Source: Schmidtea nova (taxonomy: Eukaryota). From it: a stretch of DNA of 64,000 nucleotides. Location: NCBI GenBank assembly GCA_044892505.1, contig CM097882.1, positions 586,706,001 to 586,770,000 on the forward strand, written 5' to 3'. A model generated the notes under the pieces. The model was not told the DNA's origin, searched no databases, and saw only the letters and a program-made list of their open reading frames with translations. The position numbers and the translations under genes were made by a program. Below, piece after piece: positions 48,453 through 58,065 of the stretch. Numbering within the stretch: position 1 is the stretch's first letter; every line of letters begins with the position of its first letter.

Positions 48453-48905
48453 TCATTTGGAATTATCTGCTATGATTTTCCTGTTGGAAAATCTCAGCAA
48501 GTTATAGATAGGAGCGGGAAGTACCCTATTATATTTTTCAGATCGGGAAAATGTCGTGTAATGGGTTGTAAGCACCCGTTAAAACCAGATGATTTGAAAT
48601 ATAAAATTTCCGATTTAAAAATTCAAACGATCACTATAACATTGGATATGGGTAAAACCATAGATTTATACGACTTGCAAAATAAAACAGAGTGCTGGTA
48701 AGAAACTTAAATATTCCCAGCTTTGAGATTAATAAAATATAACCCAATTTGTATTAATATTTTTTCAAGTGGAAAAGTTGTAATACTAGGAATTAAATCA
48801 TTGGATTATTTTAAACAAGTAAATGAAATTAAAAACCATTTTAATTCATTAATCGATAATGAATTAAATGGTGAAGAATTTCTCGATTTATTATTAAATA
48901 TTTAA
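48453..48905 (+). pseudogene. Highly divergent TATA-binding-protein (TBP)-fold gene, two repeats, two in-frame TAA
   Basis: One frame reads ...VIDRSGKYPIIFFRSGKCRVMGCK...LKIQTITITLDMGKTIDLYDL...W*ET*IFPALRLIKYNPICINIFSSGKVVILGIKS. This matches the TBP repeat signatures IF.SGK...TG.K, F.IQN.V...D....I.L..L and YEPE.FPGL. Confidence 0.75.
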
Positions 48906-48950
48906 TTTTGTTTAAATAAATAGTTATTTAACAAATCTATATTTTTGAAA

Positions 48951-49343
48951 ATGTCTAAAAGTAAGTATTATTTTTAATTAACTATATTATAATTATTTTT
49001 TTATTATTTAGCTTATTTATTTGAAGTGATCCTGAAGAAAATTGCAGAATTATATCCAGAAATAAAAAATTCTTTGGATTACTGTGCACCCGAGTTATTG
49101 GTACATAAAATATACAAACTTACTGGGATCAATATCGAACAATTGCTTGAGCTTCATTATGATATGGTTCTGGTATCAAATGCTAAATGCGTTGAAAATT
49201 GTATAGTCTGTGAAGATTCGATGAGAGTATCCTGTGTAAACGGATGTCCATGCTGTCACGATTTTAAAAGAGATCATTCGGTGCATATATTAATGGCCGA
49301 AATGCGTAAAGCATATTATAACGACATTTATAATTTAGAATAA
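48951..49343 (+). CDS. Spliced Cys-rich orphan gene (exon 1 48951-48960, 51-nt intron 48961-49011, exon 2 49012-49343)
   Basis: ATGTCTAAAA|GTAAGT...TTTAG|CTTAT joins in frame to ORF 49026-49343: MSKTYLFEVILKK...CVENCIVCEDSMRVSCVNGCPCCH...H. Confidence 0.6.
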
Positions 49344-49889
49344 TATGATTTACTTGTTCTTTATTATTATTATTTTCAAAATTTTTCTAAGTTTATTATT
49401 ATTTTTCAGACTGGGCCAAAAATAAAAATTAAATTGACTTCATTAAAACAAAAAAATAATTTAAAATAAAGGAAAAACTACAGCAAGTTTTTATTTCAAT
49501 TTACATATTCATTTTGTTGTGCTCTTTTTGACGCACCCTATCACATCGGACCCCACGGGGGTGTCTGTGCGTTAGGGCCTAATACTAAAACTGATGCGCT
49601 TTTCGCTTTTTTTGTTGCCATGGGGGCAAAACATACCATTTATCCCTAACCGCTATCTCCACTGTTAGGACTTTAGGGTCACTTTTCACACCCAGACGCA
49701 GATCAGTGGGTATGTTCAATTATATTTTAAGGGATGTCGCCTCGATGACTATGGCCTTTTATCAGCCTACGACATTACATACAATTGTTAAATTCAAGGT
49801 TTATTTCTCTCCTCGGTTGACATCAGTAAAATGACATTAATCCCAGCGATAAAAAAATTTTCAAGTCACGTAAACAACGGTTCACCTAC

Positions 49890-50177
49890 TTGTATCAATA
49901 TTTTTTGGACGAGAATAGCTCGTCATTAACATGGTTAATAGCCACTGATCTGGCACTTGAAGGCATAAGACTTGACCTGTCTCGTGACAAGTATTATCGA
50001 ATTTTGCTGCTAATTCCTCCTAACATCCTTAGCAAGCTCTCTGCCGTCTTTCTTCGCACTTCCTCGCCTACTTTTAAAAAACCTTACGAGGAGTTAAAAA
50101 TTGCGTTCCTTGACATTTTAAAGGAACCAACTGCAGCAGCTTATAAAATTCTGGCCAACCAAATTGAGAATTCTTAA
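49890..50177 (+). mobile_element. Ty3/Gypsy gag N-terminal remnant, preceded by LTR-like GC-richer sequence (~49520-49850)
   Basis: F.DEN...W......AL.GI..D..KY...L..IP..IL..L...........PYEELK..FL pattern typical of metazoan Gypsy gag. Confidence 0.6.
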
Positions 50178-50516
50178 TTACAACCACCCCAACCCACTAA
50201 AAGGAAAAATGTTCCTTGTTAACACTCGTCTCCGAAGTTCTATGCAAGGAACAAGACGGTATTTTAAAATTCCATTTACACTTAGGGAATTCATTAGCGA
50301 ACGGAAACATCTCCCAAATCCATAACTTAAATTAGAATTTGTATTAGGAGTGAATAGGCACGGGAAATTTACCTGACACGATTAATCAGAACATAACCGT
50401 AGCGTGAAATTATCGTTCGACTCACTATATAAATCCTTAACACATAAATAACATATTATTTAATTTAATATATCCAACTTATTTTCCTAATCAATAGAAA
50501 TTAAACGACTCAAAAA

Positions 50517-50901
50517 ATGTCCCCATTTAAAAAGTGCTTATCCGATAGCTATCGGGGAGAAGAATGTTCAAATTATCGTAACCAACGAAAGAAAATCGGT
50601 GAGCTAATTTATGAAAATTTCTTCGTAATGGCGATGCCATTGTAGAACATCCCGGCCGAATTGGCGCACGAAATTTTCACGGAACATGACGCAGTAACAC
50701 GGAAAAGTGCCGAGCTTCAGCCTACATCGGGATAGCCACAAAGTGTGGCACGAAGGTACCGAGTGGCCAATTGATGTAGAGTGCAAATATCCTGTTGACA
50801 TTCTTAAGTATTTCGTGGAGTCATCCATCGACATACCAGGAAGGAACATCGTCCGATGTACCAGCACAATTGCAACCACTGAATTCCTGATGATAGGCTG
50901 A
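50517..50901 (+). pseudogene. Orphan module gene A, copy 2 (stop + frameshift)
   Basis: ATG 50517 downstream of TATATAAA (50426); PAELAHEI...HKVWHEGTEWPI aligns with copy 1. Confidence 0.45.
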
Positions 50902-51443
50902 TTTTTTCAGCCCGACACCAGAAGCACAAACCACTGACTCTCCCCCTAAGCCCCACCGGATCCTGCTGACCTATTTACTTGTTTGAGTTTCCGTTGGACT
51001 AATTTGTGTAAATCATACTAAATGTACTAGTTATGCCAATTATAATCTTTGTCCGTTAAAGTGTTTTGTTTTGTTTTGTGTTTCTTCTATTCATTATTTG
51101 TTTAACTGCTACAGTACATGTTTGAGTACATTAAGAAATGGATAAGAGTTTGAAATTTTAAAAGATAGAGTCAGGGCAAAGGGATAGATTTCAAACCTTG
51201 CGAATCCGAACTTTTATTGTTGTTGTTGAAGAGATTGTCTGGTAAATAAAATTCACTAATTATGGTAACTACAATTACGAGAATTATTATAAATTTCTAC
51301 TAGCTAACTAACCAGACTCCGGGGAGTAAAAAGGAAAATTTATTTGATGATGCTAGACATATCAACCACATGTGTTAAATTCGATTGATTCAGGAATTGT
51401 CAGTTATCATCGCTTTACATAAATCGATCATAAGCAAGTAGAA

Positions 51444-51743
51444 ATGCCAAGAACATCAATAAATTTCCTATAGACCCAAGCCGATAAGAACTTAGGTCGA
51501 CTGAAACGAGGCATTTTAGAGCTAGAAAGCAGCTATTTTTCACCAGCGGAGATGAAGATCATCCGAGAAAAGCTCCTGCAAGCTCACCAAAATATTGAAG
51601 ACTTGAGAGCTTAACTGGAAGCTTCCAAAATCGAACTAAGGAACTGTAAACGAAATATGACACAACGTTTCGTGGGCGATAACATGAGGGACCAGATTAG
51701 ACCAATTACATTAGAAGAGTGGTATCCCGGCGGAGAACGTTAG
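51444..51743 (+). pseudogene. Orphan module gene B, copy 2 (100 codons, two in-frame stops)
   Basis: MPRTSINFL*TQADKNLGRLKRGILELESSYFSPAEMK...*LEASKIELRNCKRNMTQRFVGDNMRDQIRPITLEEW aligns to 44494-44811 (FSP..MK, ELRNC, IRPIT...W). Confidence 0.75.
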
Positions 51744-52329
51744 CGAAACGCCAACAAATCAGTTCACAGAAAAGGCTGAGAATAAAGAAACATCGGGAAG
51801 CAGAATCTCCGACAAAACCCAAACAACTGTCAGATAAATCAGAGGATTAAATTGGATTAAACTTACTGTACATTGTTATTGAAAAGCTCTAATTATATTT
51901 ATTAAATGTAAAATTGTGTCGTTTTGTCTTGATTTGATTTCGCAAAAATTATGGTAGATAGATTCCTGTGTGGACATAATTGTAGTTCTCTCAAATACAA
52001 CCGGTGTCGTAAAGATTGGAACATCCTGAAGGAGCGACCAGTGTAAAATGTGAGGTAAATAAAATCATGATGACCTTTATCGGTCTTAGTGAACCGGGAG
52101 TAGTGTTAACACAAACGCTCTCTTGACGATTCCGATTCGACTGACGTATGCAGGACCAACGTAAATCAAAGGTATTTACGGGCATACGGGAAGAAATGAG
52201 TTAAACAGAATTAGAATGTTAATAAATTTAGCTCGCACAACCAACAATAAAGACAATATTGATATGGAAGCATTCAAAGATTTAGTGGTACAATTTTTGT
52301 TTTTGCTAAAGGAGAACGTTTGCTAACAC

Positions 52330-52612
52330 TATTGCAATGTAGCACTCAATCCATGGAGGAATAGTTTCAACTTTCCTCAATTTTTAAATTATATTAAAAA
52401 TATCTCTAACAATATCAGTTGCAAACGCTTCTGCTGAGAAATCGTTTTCTATGATGAAAAGAGTGAAGAACTATTTGAGGAATTCCATGAGCCAACAAAA
52501 ACTATTTAGCTTAACAATTATATGCATAGAGAATATCAAATCAAGCGAAGTCATTTATAATGCAATAATAAACAATTTTGTCCGAAACTGAGGCAAGGAA
52601 AGTCGCGCTATA
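52330..52612 (+). mobile_element. hAT C-terminal dimerization domain remnant (ZMYM1-like family)
   Basis: LKISLTISVANASAEKSFSMMKRVKNYLRNSMSQQKLFSLTIICIE. Confidence 0.85.
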
Positions 52613-53454
52613 AGTTTTTATTTTTTTACGTTTTATGTTTGTTATTGTCCATTGAATGAATGTCATTTAAATGTTTATAGTTAAATAAAAAATGAGATTC
52701 AAGAAATTTGAAAATCGATTTAAAAAAGGATTTTTAAAATTTCCAAAAGATGAGACTTTTTCAATTAGTTTTAAACTTATAGATTCAGTAGAGTAAAATA
52801 TCAAACTTGTAATGTATTTATAAATTGACTAATATTTCCAATAATGAAAAATACAATATAGCTAATAATTTTAGTCAGCCATTAATTAAATTAAGATTTC
52901 ATTGATGAAATAATGGTTAAATTACAAATTTTTATAGTTTCTTCAAAGATCAAGAAGCTCGATAAATAGTGAGTTTTCTCATAATAAAGCAAATATATTT
53001 AAAATGACTAGTTAAATTAAAAATAAAAATTGATAAAATAAATTATTATAAATAAGATAGAAGAAATAATTATCATTTTCATTATTTTAACATATTTACT
53101 TTAAATAACCAAATAAATAAAAAAATTTTAAAAAAATATTTTTCATTAATATTATTGAATTTCATAAGTTTTATCGTTAAAATATACAATTAAATATACT
53201 TACTTATAAATCCTTATTTAAATATAGTGCATATAAATCACAATTTGCTTCACCAACATTGTATCGAACGTTTATTAACATTTACTTTTAACTATTATTT
53301 AAAATAATACTATTTTAAACAAAAAGCACATCATGTCAGATTAAAAATTATTTATTTTAATATTTAACTAACATAATAATATTATTAAATATGTGTATCA
53401 ATTTTACTACAAATTAAAATAACAAAAATAACAAAATATTTTTAAAGACATTTA

Positions 53455-54100
53455 CTAAGTGGTCCAAATAGTTAACTTCTGTTTTTGAAAATTTACATTT
53501 ACTTGCTGATAACTTTAATCCGAATCTTTGAGGCGTTCAAGGATTTTATTGAAGCTATGATTGTGTTGTTCAATTTACTTTTCAGAAAATCAGTATATCA
53601 TCTAAATAAATTACACAATTTATCCAATTTTCACTTTTTAGTTCTACATTCATAAATTTTTTGAAAAGTTATTGTTGTTCTACACAATCCGAAAGGCATT
53701 CTCACAAATTCATATTGTCTATATTTTGTACTAAACGCTGTTTTTGTATTTCTTTTTTATCAAACTTCACATGATAGTATTCATTAGATAATTTTAAAGT
53801 TGAAAAATATATTTCTCCTCCAATGGTGTCGAATAAATCATCCGATGTTGAAATATGCTATATTGACCCTGATGTTTTTGCGTTCTAATTTACCTTTCTT
53901 TTTCTTGATTACTACTATTTAAAAATTCAATGATGAGTTGTTCTCTCTAATAATGCCTGCTTCAAACAGATCCCCTACTATGTTATTCACACTTTCTTCT
54001 AAACCTCTAGGTACTTTCCTAGGTTTGAATTTTATTGGTTTTGTTGATCTTGTATCAATTTCATGGTTAATAACATCCGATACTCCGATATCCATTTAAT
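53455..54100 (-). mobile_element. Ty3/Gypsy reverse transcriptase remnant
   Basis: HEIDTRSTKPIKFKPRKVP...DDLFDTIGGEIYFSTL.L...YYHV...AFSTKYRQYEFVRMPFGL...VIYLDDILIF...GLKLSASKCKF across frameshifts. Confidence 0.85.
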
Positions 54101-54394
54101 ACTTGTTAAAAATTTCTTTATTATTACTAATAATTTTTATTACTTTTATTTTATTTTATTTTCCACTTTTTTATATTTTTTAATAACTGCGAAGTCAATT
54201 TTTCTTCCATTTTCATATCTTTCTCAGACAAATTTCTAAATATTTTATTAGTAACTTCGCAAATTTTAACTCCACCTTCAGCAAATCCAAGAGTTGTACC
54301 AGCATATAAAGTTTTCAACCCCTCTTTTAGCATATATATGCTTGGCCCTCTAACTCCCTTCTAGAAAAAGTGATTTAGCTAGCCACAAAGTTTT

Positions 54395-54740
54395 GCTGGG
54401 ATCTTTTGAACAGGGAATTTTGGTCCTGATATTTTAAATAGGATTTTCAACTTCCATATTTTTCCTCGGGCAAAGAGTAACTCCGTGTTTTTTGTACAGG
54501 GAATTTTGGTCTAGTATTTTTGAACAGGGATTTTTGGTCGATCTTTTGAACGCGAGTAGTAGGCTACAATCTTTTGAGTCCGGATCTTTTGTATTGTAAA
54601 TTTTGGTCGATCTTTTGTACAGAGAATTTTGGTCGATCTTTTGAACGTGAGTTAGCCGGTCACTAAATTTTGGGTTCGGATCGTTTCTATAGGAAAGTTT
54701 TTCATGGTCTTTTCTACAGGGAATTTTGGTCCTGATATTT
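54395..54740. repeat. Interrupted ~26-28 bp tandem repeat (GATCTTTTGAACAGGGAATTTTGGTC), about 7 copies
   Basis: Read directly from the sequence. Confidence 0.85.
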
Positions 54741-54864
54741 TGTGTTGAGGTCTCGAATGTTTAGACTTCAACGTGAGTAGGTAGATGTGTGGAGCCAAGA
54801 ACAAAGGCATTGCGTAGGCGTAAAAAAATAACATTGACCCCACCGACCCCTAGGGGGTAAAATC

Positions 54865-55380
54865 TATGAGTCATAATTTTTTTCGAAAAATTTTCTATCT
54901 TCTTTTAAACTTTTTTTTCAAATTTTTTTATGACGCATCTATGAGTCATCGATGACTCATCATTATTTTTGAAAAATATTCTGTTTTTTTAACAAAATTT
55001 TTTTAAACCACTTTTTTTTCAAAAATTATTTTTATGACTCATTATTGACTCACAAAATTTTTTTAAAATTGTTATTTGACCAATCGATTCGTCATTGATG
55101 ACTCATCCAAAATTTTTATGACCCATTCAAAAATAAAAATTTTCTTTTGAACTTTCTCAATTTTGATTTTTTTGAAATTATTTTTGGTTAGTATGACTCA
55201 TCACTAACTCAGCTATTTTTTGACAAGTTATTTTTTTTAATTAAAATTTTTTTTTAATTTTTAAACGATGACTCATCACACTGATGACTCACCATCATGA
55301 CTCATTCGATGACTCATTCGATGACGCATCGATGACTTATTTCAAATTTGAATTAAGTGACGTCATCGATAACTCATTTC
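54865..55380. repeat. Array of TGACTCA/TGAGTCA (AP-1/TRE) motifs separated by T/A tracts
   Basis: At least 11 exact TGA(C/G)TCA, several one-mismatch variants (TGACGCA, TGACCCA, TGACTTA) and one TGACGTCA. Confidence 0.9.
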
Positions 55381-55436
55381 AAATTAAAATAATTTTTTTT
55401 AAATTTTGAAAGTAAAAATATCAAGGTCAAATTTTG

Positions 55437-55700
55437 TATCATTCGCAAGTCATTTAAGTGACGCACACAATGGTAACATTTTTAAAGGTGTCTGATCAAA
55501 AAATAAAAATTTGAAACAAAAACAAAAATACTTAAAGTACCAAGATTAAAAGTGGTATCATTCGCTCTGCATTTCAGTGACGCACACGTGGTATCAATTT
55601 TTAAGTTGTTCGATCGAAAAAATTAAATCTGGACCAAAAATTAAAAATTTCAAAAAATTTCAAGTACCAATGATATTATTCGAACCACCACCGCTATATG
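55437..55700. repeat. About 120-bp direct repeat, ~2 copies (TATCATTCGC...AGTGACGCACAC...)
   Basis: Read directly from the sequence. Confidence 0.7.
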
Positions 55701-55744
55701 AACACGATGCTATATAATTTCATACTTAGTTTTAAACAACGACA

Positions 55745-56860
55745 TAAAAGACAAAGACATTGCCAAAATAATTAAACAAAGACATATTAATGCTAAAAAC
55801 ATTAATAAAGACATATCAATGCTAAAAACCTTAACAAAGACATTTAATGCTAAAATCCTTAACAAAGATATTTCAAATTACTTAACAAAGAATATTCAAT
55901 CCCAAATTACTTAACAAAGACATTTCGATGCCAAAAAAACTAAACAAATACATTTCATTGCCAAAAAACTAAACAAAACATTTTATGTCAAATTTCTTAA
56001 CAAAGACAATTTAATGTAAAATTCATTAACAAAGAAATTTCATTGCCAAAAAACTTAACAAAGACATTTCATTTGTTAAATAATTAAACAAAGACATTTC
56101 ATTGCCAAATTACCAAACAAAGACAATTCGAGGCCAAATTTCTTAACAAAGACATTTCCATGTCAAATTCCTTAACAAAGACATTTCATTGCCAAAACAC
56201 CTAAACAAAGACGTAGCAATGCTAAAAACCTTAACAAAGACAATTCAATACAAAAATAACTAAACAAAGACATTTCATTGCCAAAACCCTTAACGAAGAC
56301 AGCTAAATTCCTTAACAAATACATTTCATTGCCAAAAAACTAAACAAAACATTTTATGTCAAATTTCTTAACAAAGACAATTCAATGTAAAATTCATTAA
56401 CAAAGACATCTCATTGCCAAAACACCTAAACAAAGACATAGCAATGCTAAAAACCTTAGCAAAGACAATTTAATGCCAAAATAATTAAACAAAGACATTT
56501 CATTGCCAAAACCCTTAACCAAGACACGAACAGAACATTTACTATCAGAACCCTAGTAGCAGAACATCTTTTTGTGATGGTTTTTATCTGCTAAAGCTTA
56601 TTACTCGAACATTTATTACAATTCTAAGATTATATATGTACTTTTAAACATAGATTTTTTTAAAAAAACAAAGACATTTTAATGCCAAAATAATTAAACA
56701 AAAACATATCATTGCCAAAAACCTTAACAAAGACATTTCATTACCAAATTTCTTAACAAAGACATTGCAATACCCATGCATTTAGCAACATGACTAACAA
56801 AGACATTGCAATACATAGGCAAGTTAACAAAGATATTCCAAGCCAGAATTACAAAGACAG
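55745..56860. repeat. 29-30 bp satellite (TTAACAAAGACATTTCATTGCCAAAAAAC), about 26 copies in 55745-56525 plus about 6 in 56665-56860
   Basis: Period measured between AACAAAGAC cores is 29-30; block duplications visible. Confidence 0.95.
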
Positions 56861-56867
56861 ACATGCA

Positions 56868-56921
<54 letters not shown>

Positions 56922-57667
56922 TAAAAAGAAAATCAAAAGAAAATCACTTCCCTATACAAAATTAGAATAATTCTTTCATAAAAATCCTTTTTTTAATGAA
57001 TTCTCAAGAATAAATCTCACTTTGAAATTTTAATTTTTATTAAAATCTTGTCTTTGCCATTTCGAAGACGACGTTAATCTGGCTCAGATTGAAAGTATAA
57101 ATACAAATTAGTTTGTCGTTAGCAGAGTTTATTAAAATATAATAATAAGATAACAATAGTAAGCCTTCTTCGCAATGTTTATTTAAATGAAATATTTCGA
57201 TCTTTAAAAGATCCTGATCACTCAATGCGAAATTCTTTCCAATTGATATTCCAACTCTTTCTGGATATTTTCTTTCTCCTGAATTCTGATTTAATGTTAA
57301 TTATTAAAACAAATTAAAATTTATTTATGAGATATATTAAATAAAATTTTTAATTTAAAATAAAATTTAAAAATATTTTATTTAATAATTTTCATTAATT
57401 AGAGCATCCTTTTTTAAAAAATTTTTAAAAAATCATATATTGCACAAATACCATTTTAATAACCAACCATTTTATTGACCAACCAATGATAGAAAGTTTT
57501 GCTAAACTGTTACATTGAAATGATGATAAGGGACATTGAAAATTAGGTGACAGTATATTTATTATTAGAAATATGTTCAAGTAATGAGCTTTTCCACATA
57601 AAAACCATCACAGAATAGGTTCTGCTACTAGGGTTCTGCTCGCAATGATCTGCTAGCAATGTTCTGT
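56530..57667. repeat. About 85-98 bp inverted repeat pair (56530-56614 and 57570-57667), possible MITE/foldback termini
   Basis: ACAGAACATT..CAGAACCCTAGTAGCAGAAC..GTGATGGTTTTTAT..AAAGCT.ATTACT.GAACAT occurs forward, then reverse-complemented; no TSD found. Confidence 0.75.
56870..56920. repeat. (AAT)n microsatellite
   Basis: Read directly from the sequence. Confidence 0.97.
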
Positions 57668-58065
57668 CACTATGATAAATACGTGAAAAGTTATCATACT
57701 TTTTAGATAATCACACAAATTTTTATTAAATTATAGTACAAATATATTAAAAATACATGAAATATACATTACATACTTGAAATATTATCACAAAGTATCA
57801 TTACATACATGAAATATCATTATACTATTGTGCAAAATACATACAAAATATCATTATACTGCAACTACATAGAAAATCACCAAATTTACTCACAAAATAC
57901 ACATAAAATACATGGAAATTGATCCCACACGGGAATAAATATACATTCATATCAAATTAACAGAAATACAAAGATACATAAAATATCATCTTACTATAGT
58001 TTGATAACATAGAAATACATGAAATATCCACCAAATACAGAAACTATCAAAGGTATATAGATTCA

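Noticed and set aside
50888-50915. CTGATGA followed by a GGCTGA-TTTTT-TCAGCC hairpin
   Set aside because: Followed by CGAC rather than GAAA; not a hammerhead core.
51960-52060. CGH..C RING-like trace downstream of module copy 2
   Set aside because: The remaining Cys/His ligands cannot be placed in a consistent frame.
55745-56860. CRISPR-like appearance of the 29-30 bp repeats
   Set aside because: Monomers are head-to-tail with no unique spacers, there are no cas genes, and the context is eukaryotic.
56724-56936. Poly-Leu ORF (and poly-Ile ORF 8111-8308)
   Set aside because: Antisense translations of (AAT)n/(ATT)n microsatellites.
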